A DNA stretch of 61,574 bases, counting the filler, from Choristocarpus tenellus KU-1152 (taxonomy: Eukaryota; Protista; Phaeophyceae): NCBI GenBank assembly GCA_964200185.2. It is 13 parts of 13 records of this genome, joined end to end, with 100 filler letters (N's around TTAATTAATTAA, not from the genome) between each part and the next. Parts side by side here need not be neighbours in the genome. Positions count along the whole stretch, not along the records: positions 24,751 to 27,498 come from CAXNAD020025075.1; positions 27,599 to 33,506 come from CAXNAD020009449.1; positions 33,607 to 36,456 come from CAXNAD020024209.1; positions 36,557 to 41,188 come from CAXNAD020013713.1; 9 more parts are not named here. The stretch is one strand, 5' to 3'. The position numbers and the translations under genes are program-made. This document shows positions 24,751 to 38,434 of this stretch, one piece after another. The notes beneath the pieces were generated by a model. That model worked only from the letters and a program-made list of their open reading frames with translations, was not told the origin of the DNA and made no database searches. Positions within the stretch are counted from its first letter, which is position 1. Every line of letters starts with the position of its first letter.

Positions 24751-26990
24751 TCTCCCTCTTCACAACTATCAACAATAGTGAATACAGGCACAAAATTACA
24801 ATAGCACCGAAATAGGGTATTGCCGTAGACTGTCCCCCTTCACAACTATAAACACAAGCTATAGGACACCAAGATAATGTCTCACTGTCATAAACAAAAA
24901 TAAGGTGCTGCCATATAAAGGCTTGCCCTGCCTACGAACTAAGAACATACAAACAAAAAAGACAGAAAAATAGGGAGAGTTTTACTTTTCTTGTTATTCC
25001 TTTTTTATTTTTTAATTATATTTTTTAATTATTTATTCTGTTTCCACTTGGTTGCCCTCATCATCCACATACTATTTTTTTTTCCTTTCTATTTATTACT
25101 CCTTTTAAGGTTTTATTCTTTTTTATCTCTTTTATTTATTATTTCTATTATGTATTGATCTCGTTAGTCCTTTATTTTTTTATTAGAAAAAATATATCAT
25201 TGCCTGTTTTGCGCACTAGCAGCTTTGAGTATGCTTTGTGTTTGGGGGGCATCAGACAGGCAATAATCAGATGTCGAGTAGGTCATGAATCCCGTCGAGT
25301 AAGTCTAATCCCTGATAGCACTTGCATCTATAACTGGGAAGATTGGAACGGAAGGTGTGTGAATTATAGGCCTAATCAGAGCTATGAGCTTTGTAACTTT
25401 TTAAGGTCCATTTCAGAAGAAACAAGGGTATACTCAGATTAGGACAGACACAACTTGACGGAGATTGTATTGTGTGACCTTATGGACACCTTGAAAGGGA
25501 GATCGGAACTAGGGACCCATTCATTTTTGGCCATGTCAGAGGGTTTCAGAAAGAACAAATGTATACTCAGACTAGGCCAGGGGAAATCTGACTCTGATGG
25601 TATTCTGTGACCCTTGGGAAAGTTTTCCCAAGGAAAAAAGGATATTTGTTGACCTGTTTTGGGCCTAGTTGGAGTTACATATTGATCTTGACTGTGCCTT
25701 ACGACTTTTGGGGATCCATTCTCAAAGGAAACAAGGGGATTTGTTGATCATTGTTGGAATCTATGGGTTTATTTGGAACTGGAGTCCCAATGTTGGAGAC
25801 AACTGGCAGAGTCGGAACTGGGGTCCATATGTTGGAAATAACTGGCAGAGTCGGAACTGAAGCCCCTATGTGAGTCAAAGTATCTTAGAGGGTAGAGCCG
25901 CGTCCATTTGGGGGCCAAAATCCCATTTTTCGAGTTCAATGTGATTTTGGCTATCGTGTATGTTAGGAAGTGTCAATGTCCTTGTTCCGGATACACCTTT
26001 TCATAACGTATACATTTTACCTACCCCGAAGAAGTTTGGAGTAGGAAAATACAATTAAAAAACCAAGGGAAACCAAGCCCCAAACGGACAAACAGGGCCA
26101 AAACTCGTACCCTCTAAGATAATTTCACTCTGTTACCAAAGGGCAATTACGCATGCCGCCGCAGCATGATCTAAGGTGATGGATGATATTTATTATCCAG
26201 ATCAATGATTATCGCCTGTGGTAAGCGTGAAACAGGTAGTCCCTGCATGGAACGTAGCATAGCAGAAGTTGGAACCATGAAGTAACCCACATCAGAAAAG
26301 TAATTTATATAAGATGCATTTTAATTTTAATTTTTTGCCATTTGTGCTTTTTTCATTTGTATATCTGGCACCTCACCCCCTTTATTCCGTGTTTTGTTCC
26401 ATTTTCCTTTTATTTTATATTATTCTTTCATTTTCTTTTTCGATTTTCTTTTGTGTTTAGTATTTTTCCCATTTTTTTCCCATTTTTTCCCCTACCCCTT
26501 CCTTCATTTTTTTCTTTTTTTCTCTCTTTTGTCCGAACAGGTACCTGATCCCCTTAATTCCTTGTTTTGTTCTATCTTTCTTCAGTCCTTTCTTTTCTGT
26601 CCCTTGTCTTATTTCTTGTTTGTCGCTGATGTTGATGTTATTGTGTGTTTTACGCACTAGCAGCCATCAGTATGCTTGGTGCTTGGGGGGCATGAGACAG
26701 ACAATAATCAGACAATACTTGGCACCTTAGGGTAGCTGTACTCTAGAAAGAGAAATAAATGTATACTCCGATTAGGCTAGATAGATGCAGACAGATTTCT
26801 CCAAGTAGATAAGAATATATGTTTTGGGCCTAGTAGGTGTCAGGTATTCTTTTCTTCTTTCTTGCTCCTTGGCACAGGATGATCTAAGGTGATTGGTGAT
26901 ATCTATTGCCTTCACTGATGACAATCGCCTGTGGTAAGCATGAAAAATGTATTGCTAGCTCACGCCGGGGGGCATGTTACAGGCGAATAG
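24751..26990. repeat. Mosaic of the same non-coding LTR-like repeat family seen at 34401-36456
   Basis: 24751-24945 is the reverse complement of ~35640-35840; GGGGGGCA-TG..ACAG motifs at ~25244, ~26685, ~26967; ATCGCCTGTGGTAAGC blocks at 26211 and 26924; ~39-bp GAGTCGGAACTGG repeats at 25775-25870. Confidence 0.65.
25872..26130 (+). mobile_element. MITE family A copy 5, TGT TSD
   Basis: TGT|GAGTCAAAGTATCTTAGAGGGTA...TACCCTCTAAGATAATTTCACTC|TGT. Confidence 0.95.
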
Positions 26991-27849
26991 CGTGAGCATT
27001 TCTTTCTGCATGTCAAAATGCGCGAGTAGTATACATACGTACAAATTCATGTAAGAGGAGCTTTGAATTGATAGAAGATGCAGAGTAAGATTCGAAATGC
27101 ATACATAACCTTACAGAATAGACGTCAATTCCTGAAAGTTGCAGAATAAAGACTTACGATTGGAGTAATTACACAGTAGTTTGCAGACGTCATTTAACTC
27201 TTTGGCCTTAGAAAAGCGGTGAATGACGTTAATGAAAGGCCGACTTGTTGTTGACTACACGAATCAGTTCTTTGATCCTTACCCTCTCTTGATAAAGCGA
27301 AAAGCGAGACATCGACTGAGCTAAGCATCAACTGACACCATACGTGGTCATCATCTGTGGACCCCTGTGTAGCGTCATTTTAAGGTCGTTGGATTTGAGT
27401 TGCATATCCTGTGGAGGTGAGTTCTGGGGCATGCTGTAACAGAAACTCATTTTTGGTCGATGGAGATGTGCTTTCCAAGGGACAAGCACGTCTACTGCNN
27501 NNNNNNNNNNNNNNNNNNNNNNNNNNNNNNNNNNNNNNNNNNTTAATTAATTAANNNNNNNNNNNNNNNNNNNNNNNNNNNNNNNNNNNNNNNNNNNNCC
27601 CTCGGCCATCCCTGCCCCCCCCAAGAGCTTGCTATTTCCTGCACCTGCAGTTGCTTGAGCTCCTCTCCTTCCCCCCCAGTGATGATGAGATGGTTGGGAA
27701 AGTCCTTTCTTGGTGAATGGATCATTACGGTGACGGCCTGGCCCCTGGGCATCAACACCAGCAACAGTTGGTCCAGTGGTAATCATACAAGAGAGCAGAA
27801 GTAATGATTATTGTTCTTGTAGAAAGGGCATATTGCCACTTTTTGCAAC

Positions 27850-29270
27850 CCTGCAAATATATTCCCTTGCCTTACTATTGGACTCTAATGATGGCAAGAC
27901 AGTAGCATTGTAGAGCATCGTTATTCGCAATTGGTCTCATCTGATTAGCCACAATGCAAATTTATTCCCTTTAACAATTGAGAATCATTGGACTGATTTT
28001 GGGGTATCTTATGCTGTCTACATTACTTTTCCACCTAAATTCCTGCGGCACTAACTTTCTTTGCACAACACACATTGTCCAATCCACAAGGGACTGGGTG
28101 AAGGGGGGGGCTATTATTAGGACTAATTGTAGGGATAATCCACATAAAATAAAAATGTTTCGTGTATCCTGAGAATAGCTTGCCAAAAGTTGAAGGAAAG
28201 GAGATGATGCAATGTATATGCATCCTATTGGGTCAATGCAGCAAAGAGGCCATCCCATTTGTGTAATTGTTTGAAAACGAAAAAGGATAGCCTGCAAAGG
28301 GAAAGGGTGATGCGTGCTTTGTTATGGGACAAATAGATGAAACACGAAACTCCCCTTTTCTCAATTCATCATTTCAATTCAAGGATTATTCCACCTGAGA
28401 TGAGCGGAAAAAATTTGTAGGTTAATCTTCTCTCATATGGAATCAATTAAGTGGTTTGATTATGTAAGATCGTTTGATTATCTGTTGTGTAGGGCTGTGG
28501 AAAATCGTGCAGCACAGTGGTTAACGATTAATGCTTGCAAACTTCAGACTTTGGAGTCATTTGTGATCTGACGTATGTGGTGAAAGTGTTGCTGCTCATA
28601 TAATGTCTCCAACCTCCTTCTAAATCTTCAAATAATACTCAGCACTATGTAGGCTAAAGAGACCCACCTATTTGATGTACTCTCCCCTCCTAATATGTTC
28701 TACTCATCAATCCCATTTCATGTCTCTCCTTATCACTGCAGTACCTGACTGGAGCATCTTTTGAATATATTATCTGGTGCTGTGAACATACATTGCCTAT
28801 TAATTTCCATTGCAGTTCAGCACTCTAATCTTAAACAAAGATTGAACAAAACAATCACAACAGAATCTGAACGAGAATCTACTACTAATATATCGTTTTT
28901 GTATTGCTTGGAGCAAAGATTTGACATTGTGTAGCTGTACTTGACATGTTTCCCATCTATATATACTAGCAATGGAAGGTAGTATAAACATGTGGGAAGA
29001 ATCCTTTAAGTCTGTTAAAACACACCTGGCCGATCAGCCCTGTGTCTATTGCACCATATCCTCAAAACTTGTATCATGGCAAACTCTGAAATTGGAAGCT
29101 AGAAAGTGTACCCCATGCCTTGATAAATATTAATCCAATTTTTTTAATTCCAATGTACAGTAAGCATTTTGTTACAAACATGATGATAGACAGGGAACAA
29201 CAGTCTTGTGCTTTTTCGTTGAATTCAACCTCACATTTTCTACATGTGATTTTTTCCTTCCTCAATTCCT
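27850..29270 (-). pseudogene. Heavily decayed coding relic, possibly CxC/KDZ-type transposase
   Basis: TCRKCEVEFNEKAQDCC...TKCLLY...GLIFIKAW and APPF..SLVDW...KLVPQEFRWK...VANQMRP loosely resemble CxC + KDZ motif order; many stops. Confidence 0.22.
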
Positions 29271-31773
29271 ACTTACCTGACAAATACCATTAACAAAACC
29301 TACACCCTAGACCAGTGAAATAAGAACAAGGCGTAACCTCATAATTGTATTAAACACACAAGGGGACAGAACATCTTGTGTGAATGGGTAGAGGGGGTTC
29401 TAAAGAATCTTCCTTAGAAATGCTCTGTATATTATTGTATTGCTGGGTTTACAACTTGGAGATAGCACTTAGCTAATTATTTTCATGTGATAATTATTAG
29501 GGTTAGCATGTAACTCACATTCCTGACCAACTAACACACAGCATCATGGGGCAATAGGCACCTGGCAGGAAAGGGTCCCCATCAGAATGAAAACACTTCA
29601 TGTCTAATCACATTCCCTAAGGCAGCCTTTGCATGTTGAACAGGTGCACACACAGCTACAATCTGGTGCTTGTAAAGCTGCTTGTAATCTAGCGACAAAG
29701 TATATTAGTACTAATGAATGAGTCTAATTGTGATTAGCATTTGTTCACATATGTGTTAAATATATTAGCAGTATTGAATGAGCTCAATTGTGATTAGTGC
29801 TTATTTATAAATGCATAAAATACAACTGTGTTTTGTGTATAATGCAACTAAAAAAGACATTTTTTGCCACCTTCGTGGATAGCAACAAGTATGTCCCCAA
29901 CAGGTCCCACAAAGACAAGAGAAGAAAAAAAAGGTGTAGCTTCACAGCGATCTATAGTAGGTTTAGCAAAACCTTAAACATATGATTTGGCTCAAACTAG
30001 AATGAATGTACATGCTTGGAGCCAAAGAAATCAAGGGGTACCCAGTTTTGGTCAATTCACATTTTTAGTCAAGTTTTCATCTTTTGCAATTCAATCTTCT
30101 ATGGATGAAGTGCTAAAGTTGACTTGAGAGGGTTGATTTCTCCATTATTTGAAAAATTCCAACATAATTCATAATTATGTTCTCCACAAGCATTTGTACA
30201 AAAAATCGAATCTTGTACATATTTGTCAGCATCCTTAAACTGCAATCCAAGGTACCTCACAATTTCTTTGGCACTTGAGTAAAAAAAATAGGCACTGAAG
30301 GTTCATTGAGTTGAAAATTTGAAAGGGAGGTCACTATGGACAAAGGGGGAGGAGGGAGACCCCTTTGGAGAGTTGTGAGGAAATGGGGTCACTGGTTCAA
30401 CCTTGACTGCTGTTTCAACCACGACCTTAGCAATTTGGCAGTGAACTCACAGAAGCACGTACATGCAAAAGAAAATATCTGAAAATAATAATTCATACTG
30501 AGGAACCTACTCTGTAGAACAACACAGTTTCAGAAAAATGTTGTACTTTTTGGAAGTGAAACCTGTGCATAACAACAATTCAGATCCTATATACAACTTT
30601 TGGAAGTGAAAACTTCTGCATTCTGACATTTGAAATCCTATACCCACCTTTTGGAGCTGTATAATAATATATCCCAACTGGGTGCTACAGCTAGTTTTAT
30701 CAAGACTGATCTTTTCAGTGATATGTTTTATGTGGGATCTTTTGCTGACCCATAAACCCCCCAGCATGTGCAGCAAATAAAATTCAGTATTTGCAGACCT
30801 TTACGGGGAAACATCATGCTTGAGAGAAACAGCTTTAAACCTTGTGAGTTTTCACAATATCTTAACCTCAACTCCCATTACCCCTAAATTGTCATTGGCT
30901 CTCTCTAGAAGCTGGCATTCTCCACAAAAGCAAACCTGGTTGAGAGTGGAAGAAGAAACCCTTGACTGTGCTGAATCTCCACTAGATAGTGGGAGACAAG
31001 GAGGGGTTGGGGGAAGGTGTCCTTGTCCTCCAGGTGAAACCAAAGGCTGCTGCTTCCTTCTTATCCCCAACCCTGACCGTAATCCTTCTCCCCTGGCCCC
31101 ATTACCACCAATTCCACCTCCACCATTGTGATGTGGGGGCAGGATGTCTGGACTGGCTTGAGAAAGGTCAAACCCTGGGGTCTCTTCTCTATTGCTCTGC
31201 CATGCAAGTACAGGCATTCACGCGTGGTGTTGATTGTGATATTTCTCAGGGGTCAGGCTTTATTGGTAAGGCTAGGTTGGAATATAAAATCGGTGTGTCT
31301 TCTGGTTGCTCCTTCATACCACACAATAAATCATTCAAGTTAAGGGTTGTATTAGCACTAGCATCAAGACTGAAGATTTAGGGTTCTGTGAGAAATGAAA
31401 AGCTTGTGCATCTTTTCCATGTTTCTCTGTTCATTGTGAGGAGGCAGGATCCTTGGCCTAGGTTAGGGAAGTTTGAGCCTTGCTGTCTCTCCTATGTTGC
31501 TGCCCAATGAAAAAAAGTAAACAGCTTATCAATTTCTCAGTATATGTTCATCTTGTGGGTACAAAACTTGAAGAAATCTCTCATGGCTGGAAATAAAATT
31601 ATATTATTGTTTCGTCTGATGCCATCTAGTGCAAACATGGCAGATCGTGGGCACTAGGGTGAGGTTTGTCTGGAGTTGCATTTCTTGTGCCTCTTATTTT
31701 CTTAGTGCTCTGTATCAGGTGCAACACTTGATGAGGTATGGGATTATGATTGGAATTGTAGTTAGTACCCAAA

Positions 31774-32032
31774 AAGGCATAGTATCTTACAGGGTGGAGC
31801 CGCATCCATTTGGGGGCCAAAATCCAACGCTGTGATTTTGATGTATTTTTGGCTATCATGTTTGTTAGAAAGTGTCAACATCCATGTTCCGGACACACCT
31901 TTTCACAACATACACACTTTACCTACTCCTAAACATTTTGGGGTAGGAAAATGTCATCAAACAACCAATGGAAAGCCGAGCCCCAAATGGACAAACAGGG
32001 CAAACCTCGTACCCTCTAAGTTACTTTCATTC
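31774..32032 (+). mobile_element. MITE family A copy 6, probable AAA TSD
   Basis: Degenerate left TIR ..AGTATCTTACAGGGT; right TIR ACCCTCTAAGTTACTTTCATTC. Confidence 0.9.
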
Positions 32033-33806
32033 AAAGTTGATTATGCAATATATAATGAGGTTAGGGACGGGTATTTTGGTCAGAGCTGTGCTTGGAGGTT
32101 TTTCCTTCATAACCAACTGCTCTGCTCAAATTTACATAATTCTATCGTGAAGTCTAGGGTTAGAACTAGCAATCAGGATCTGGTTAGGACTGTGACTGGA
32201 ACGGGATTGGTACAATAAAAATATGAAGGAACCCCATTGGATATTTGGTGTATTATTGCCCTCAGTGACAAAGAAACAGGAGTGGACTTTCCCCAAGGTT
32301 CACCCTGAACTTGGCAACTTGAACATCTGTTATGCTGTTACCCAGATAGATCTCCTAATTCCTCCCACGATATGAGGGAATAATAGCAGTTTCTACTAAT
32401 CTTCTAGTCAGCAGAGATTGCATGCATTGAAAATTGCACAGGAGTTCAGGATGTACGGTTTGAAATAGGGTCAGCAGCAAAAAGTATATATGGTGATATA
32501 TTTGCTTGCTCTTTGCAACAGTTCCTCAAGTCTTCAGTCCAAATCAAAAAGGTTTTAAGCCTATAACAAGAGATGGAACATGAATTGTATCAAGAGGATT
32601 TGTTGTAGGACAAAAAGGGTTACAGCTCAATTAGGCATATGCTTGAACCATGTCTTGCCTGCAAGGATACAATTATTAGCCCCATAAGACTTGTCCCTAA
32701 TTCGAACCTCATCATTAAGGGCTAATCAAGTACCATCTCATTCTACAAACCCAGCAAATTGTTTTTACTACATTCCTTCTGTCTTGCACTACAGCAGGTA
32801 TGGAGGGAAAAGAAGATACAGAAAATAGTGCCTATTAAGCTCCCAACCAACCACCCTCTCCTCCTCACCTTCCTCTTCCCTTGTTGACGGTGCAAAGAGT
32901 ATCATGCATCACCTACTTCCATCATAGACAAACTCTCTTTATAGAAAAAGACCCTACAGGAACAAATTTCAGGCCACAAGCCCAAAACAATTTTTTCAAG
33001 TTTCCCCCACCCTGCCCCTCTTGTTTGTTGTTTGGATTGTTCTGTGCTTCACCTGCTGGCTGAAAGACATCCCCTGGCTGTCCTGACTGAGAGACACTCC
33101 CTGACTCTGACTGCCTGACATTGGTGCTGGGCATAAGGAATCCGATGAGTCCAGCACTGGATTGTGCACAGTGTGGGTAGGGGTGAAGTGGGAAATCAAA
33201 TAGTGTAGAATACAGTTAGACCTATGGACAAAAGATAATATGTTTATCTTTCTACTCCAGAGTATATGTTTATTACAGATGCCTTCAGACTAATGTGGCT
33301 TGATATTCACTAAATTTTGTTTTATAAATCAGGACAGATCCATCAAATCAATTTGGACAATCAACTAATGATTAAGAACGTAAAGGAAAAATTTCAATTA
33401 CATGCTTATATTACCACACATTTGAGTCAAGGTATCTAAGGGGGTGTCGGCGTCCGTTTTCACCCTTTTTTCGATTTCACTTTCTTGGTGTGATTTGGTC
33501 GCACGTNNNNNNNNNNNNNNNNNNNNNNNNNNNNNNNNNNNNNNNNNNNNTTAATTAATTAANNNNNNNNNNNNNNNNNNNNNNNNNNNNNNNNNNNNNN
33601 NNNNNNCCTCGTAGTCCCGCTCCATCCCCAATTTTGAAAATCCTCTGTTCAATGTAGAGCAGATCCCTGTGTGTTACGATATGCAAGAAAGGTCGTTGTT
33701 TGTGCTGTGTTAGCCCCTCATATTGATGATCTTAAGGTTGCAGGTGTGAATGATGTTTTGATTTGGGTTCGTTCCAGGGTTAAGGAGCGGTTTCATATAG
33801 AAGTTT

Positions 33807-34400
33807 TTGGTGACCTTGAGTACTACATCGATCGGTTGTGAGGTTTCACGTGACATAATTGCCAAGACAGTCAGCATCAGTAAGAATGAATACGTCAAGA
33901 GTATAATTTTTTTTGGTATGGATGGGACAAAGAAGAGGGCGATTCCCCGTGATATCTCAAGGACTTTAGACAAGAATGAGGATCATACAAGTGTTAACGA
34001 AAATACATAGTTCAGAGAAGAAGTTGTGATGTGGGCAGCTGTTATGACAAGGCTAGACATTGCAAATGCAGTTCGTGAGGTTGCCAAGTACAGTATTAAT
34101 ATCAAAGTCAGACATTGGCGTGCAGTTAAGTGCATTTTAGCATATTTGAATACATGTCCAATTGTTGGATTGAGTTTTGGTGGTTTTGATACTGATTGAG
34201 AGTTGGGTGCATATACTGATGCCAGTTATACTGGAGACTGTAATGATCATACATCAGTGACTGGAGGAGCAATATCTTGGATGTTAAAGGTTCAAAAGGT
34301 TGTAGCTCTGTCCTCGACCGAGAGTGAGTATATAGCCCTTAGCAGTTTGGCCCTGGAATTGCTTTTCTTGCGAGATGTTTTTGAGTTTATTCAGCCATTG
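33807..34400 (+). mobile_element. Ty1/copia RT C-terminus and RNase H relic
   Basis: GCEVSRD..., MWAAVMTRLDIANAVREVAKY...HWRAVKCILAYL, AYTDASYTGDCNDHTSVTGG, QKVVALSSTESEYIALS. Confidence 0.92.
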
Positions 34401-36456
34401 TGTCAAAGGCGATATGTCTTGATGGCGGTTTCATAAACACCATTATGACATTGAAGTTCTAGATTTGATATGTTTATACTTCCTGATTATTTATTAATTA
34501 TTTGGTCATTATGGTCTCCGATTGTGATAAGACATAGTTGATAATTTCCTTTTATGGCATGATTTTGACGATAATCCAAGTGGGAGATCCAGCATAATTG
34601 ATGACTGTGCATCAGGAGTCCTATACGTGAATCAGTATAATCTATAAGCCCGTAGATGGGAGCTGTACATCCTGTGGAGGTAAGCTTTGTGGGGGACCTG
34701 TAACATGGAGGTCCTACCGAGACTGGAGGTCCTACCGCCTCTCTTCAAACTGGAGGGAATACTCATTTGCACCTCAACATTTAGGATTCCTTGCTTGTTC
34801 TACCTGGATTGTCTTTTGGTTCCACCTGGATTCCTTTCTTGTTCCTCCTGGGTTTGTGGTCTTCATTCGTCGTCTACGGGATTCCCTCCTTGGGCTCGTC
34901 GTCTTCATGGGTCTGAGGGCTTACATGGCTCTGACGGAATTGCCCCTCTCTAGCTGTAAAATGAGTGGCCTCCGATCGCCACATCATCCACCTATAGTCG
35001 AAAACGAGTGGTTTTCGACCACGATAGCATAGACGTTGCCTAGGTAGTTCTTCCTCGCCATTCGTACACTCACATTCTGGATCTGTTTTTCGTGTATCAC
35101 ATTGTTCTTTTATCCCACAGGTTTAGTCGGAACTGGGTCCCTAGGTCGCAAAAAAGTTGGTAGAGTGGGAAAGGAGTTGGAACTGGAGTCCCTAGGTTGC
35201 AACAAAACTGGCAGAGTGGGAACAGAGTCGGAACGGTGGCAATTAATACATGCTGCTGCAGCACGATTCGAGGTGATATATGATTTTTATTGTCCAGACC
35301 TGTGATAATCGCCTGTGGTAAGCGTGAAGCATGTATTCCTAGTTCACGCTGGAGGGCATGTTACAGGTGAATAGAATGTCTGCCTTTTTGCCTTCCAACC
35401 AGTGTGAGTAACCTTGTTATGGCATTGACTATCTTATGTGGTTTTTAGACATTTTTGTTTGTATTTGAGACATGATTCCTGTCTTCTATTGTTTGTGTTT
35501 ATAGTTCTGAAGGGGGAAGAGTCTATGACAACACCCTATTTCGGTACTACTGTCATTTTGTGTCCATATTCATTTGTATTGATATCTGTGAGGAGGGAGA
35601 GTCCTACTATATCACTCCCTATTTTTTCTGAGTCTTTTTGTGGTTATGTTCTTTGTTTGTGAGTAGAGCAAGCCTTTATATGGCAGGACCTTGTTTTTGT
35701 TTTTGACTGTGAGACATCTTGGTGTCCAATAATTTGTGTTTGTAGCTGTGAAGGAGGACAGTCTAAGCAGTACCCTATTTCAGTGCTATTGTAATTTTGT
35801 GCCGATATTTATTTTTGCTGATAGTTGTGAAGAGGGAGGGACTTGCTGAGATGCTCTCTATTGTTATTTTTTATTGTAAGTTTGATTTTTTTGGTATATA
35901 TTCGTAGTTCCTAGCAAGGGTAAGCCTTTCCACCAATCTCTTTTGTGACTGTGAGTCATGGTCTTAGTGTCCTGTCGTTTCTGTGTTTTAGTTCTGAAAG
36001 GGGAGAGTTCATGGCAATACCCAAGTTCAGTGCTACTATGGTTTTGTGTCTGCATTTGTATTTGTTTATCTTGGAAGGGGTGGAGTCTTTTTAGACAGTA
36101 CCCTGCTTTTGACTTGTGTTTGAGACTCTGGTGTAGAAATTTTTCTTTTGAACGCTGAGTCAAGTACAGAGTGAGTGCCGTGAGGTGTGATTGTCGCACT
36201 AGCATATCTGTTCTCAGGGCAAACGTTGGAAGGGGGTTTTACCTCCAGGTTTCCTCCGCTGGATCCCCAACTCTGCCTACTGATATGTTAGGACCTGGAA
36301 GTGACATTCATTTCATTTCTGCTGCCTTCGTGATAGGATGGGGAGTGACATTATATCTCCTTGTCCAATCGCCTGTTTATCGCATTGGAGCAGTTATGCT
36401 TCATGCTAGGGGGGCATGTTACAGGCGATATGTCTTGATGGCGGTTTCACAAACGC
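34401..36456 (+). mobile_element. Putative non-autonomous LTR element inserted in the copia RNase H: 5' LTR ~34401-35119, non-coding interior, PPT-like GGGGGG, 3' LTR from 36417 (truncated)
   Basis: TGTCAAAGGCGATATGTCTTGATGGCGGTTTCA at 34401 recurs as TGTTACAGGCGATATGTCTTGATGGCGGTTTCA at 36417, the latter preceded by AGGGGGGCA; copia homology stops at 34400; LTR 3' end (CCCACA|GGTT) is inferred. Confidence 0.6.
35400..36130 (+). repeat. Three diverged ~245-bp tandem units inside the LTR-like element
   Basis: Recurrent GTTCTGAAGGGG..AGT...ACCCTATTTC.GT.CTA.TGT.ATTTTGTG blocks near 35500, 35745, 35990. Confidence 0.7.
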
Positions 36457-37478
36457 NNNNNNNNNNNNNNNNNNNNNNNNNNNNNNNNNNNNNNNNNNNN
36501 TTAATTAATTAANNNNNNNNNNNNNNNNNNNNNNNNNNNNNNNNNNNNNNNNNNNNATAGACACACTGGTGTAGACCCCCCCCCCCCCAAATACTTTGGG
36601 TCTTGGGTCGATGATGGGCATACAAGATTGAAAATATGCAAAGCTTTGCAGGAGCAGAACCTCGAGACGTACTTCTGTTTACTTAATTTGATTCTCGTTG
36701 AGTTTAGTTGTGCTGTTGTATTTCAATATTTTTTCTTGAGAGGGATTTATTTCTACTAATTGTATATGCATGGTGAGGGTCCTGTTGTTGGCAATCTCCG
36801 ATGTACCACTGTTATGTTGTTTTCTTGGAGCAAGCTGTACTTATTGCACTGTATCTAGTGGGCCTTTTTTTGTTCTTCAAAGTTAATTTACACCTTGCAA
36901 GGTGTTGTCACACAACCAGGTCTAACATTCGCTCAGGTATCTTTTGGTAACCAGCAACCAATAGACGTACACCCTGGCCCTAATGCCAACCCCCAATTAT
37001 ATACAACTTCATTAGAACATACTTGGGAGCACAACAGCTGCTGCAGTGCATTGTCACCGTGGGTTTTTGTTTATTTCCAGGCACCTGAGTGGGCCGTCAG
37101 ATCTGATTGATGTTGCCGTGGGTTGGACAGGCACACACTGCGACCTTTTTTACGTCCAGTGATAATAATTATTCTAATATTCTTATTGTACTGTAATGTG
37201 CTTTTGATAGGAAGTTATTGAAGATAAGAAAAAGTACAAGGTAGAAGCAATTAGAATAATATTCTACTGTTTGTACGCAAGTGTGTGTATGTGTGTTGGC
37301 ATCAATTTCTAGAAGTCAGTGATTCGAGGGTTCCTTTCAAGAGTTGACTGAAAAGCACAACTGTGGCTGGAAATGGGCACAACATCGCTAGCAAAGCAAA
37401 GCGAATTTCGAGGTGTTGTATCGCAATCTTCAACCGGGCAAAGAAAAAAAAAGAGAAATAATCGTTCCCGCGCCTTCC

Positions 37479-37741
37479 GAGTGAAAGTGTCTTAGAGGGT
37501 AGGAGTTTTGCCCTGTTTGTCCGCTTGGGGCTTGGCTTCCCACTTTTTTTTCTAATGACATTTTACCTAATCCGAAATGTTTCGGGGTAGATAAAATGTT
37601 TAACTTATAAAAAGGTGTATCTGGAACAAGGATATTGACACTTCCTAGCAACAAACACAACAGCCAAATTTTAACAAAATCGCAAATTTTGATTTTGGTC
37701 CTCAAACGAACGCGGCTCTACACTCTAAGATACTTTCACTC
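37479..37741 (-). mobile_element. MITE family A copy 7, TCC TSD
   Basis: TCC|GAGTGAAAGTGTCTTAGAGGGTA...TACACTCTAAGATACTTTCACTC|TCC. Confidence 0.94.
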
Positions 37742-38434
37742 TCCGTGCTATGTATTGAATTAATCATCAGGTTAGAGTATACTTGAGTCAGACGATATAG
37801 TGACAGGGGAGGGGGGGAGGGGTTGCTACATTCCCAAATAAATGCTTGTTATTGAAGCAACATGAATACAGTGAGGTAGATTGAGCCATGCTAACCGAGA
37901 GGTACATACAATTTGTCCTTTTTGCATCATAGCCCTCTTGTATCCCCTGTGTAGTACACCCCATTCTCATGTCTACAAGTGCACAATAGAAGATCCCCCC
38001 ACCCAACAAACGTGGGCGTGTCACTGCATAAATTTCTACATAGTTTGGGAACAATTATTTTTGTTATTTATTTATGGAGCTATATTATTAGGGTAGAATC
38101 ATATAAAATAATTGAACTTCAATCTGTTGTAGTATACGATTATAAATATTTTCTAAGGACTCCTTCAGATGACGGAACAAGGTGATTCGAGCTGTTCTCG
38201 TCGATGGCCGTCGATATCTCCCGAGGCATCCAAGTCTCGCGTCCTCTCGCTTCGAGGCATCACGCCGCCACGCTGTTCTTCGTCGGGGTGTTTGCATCCT
38301 ATCGCCGGACAGACTTCTGGACCGTAGAAATTGGGACCGACGGGCGACGACGTGATGAGTGAGCCCCTTGAACGACGGAGGACCTTCCTCCTAGGGATCC
38401 CAATTTTGAACCTCGTCAAATGCGACTTGGTTGA

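Noticed and set aside
25775-25870. Short repeats (also 41525-41815) as possible CRISPR arrays
   Set aside because: Degenerate tandem units without unique spacers, no cas genes, eukaryotic context.
26915-26946. Hammerhead-ribozyme-like CTGATGA...GAAA in the LTR-like repeat (retrozyme idea)
   Set aside because: Stem II does not close next to the core, and sister copies at 26200 and 35300 lack CTGATGA or GAAA.
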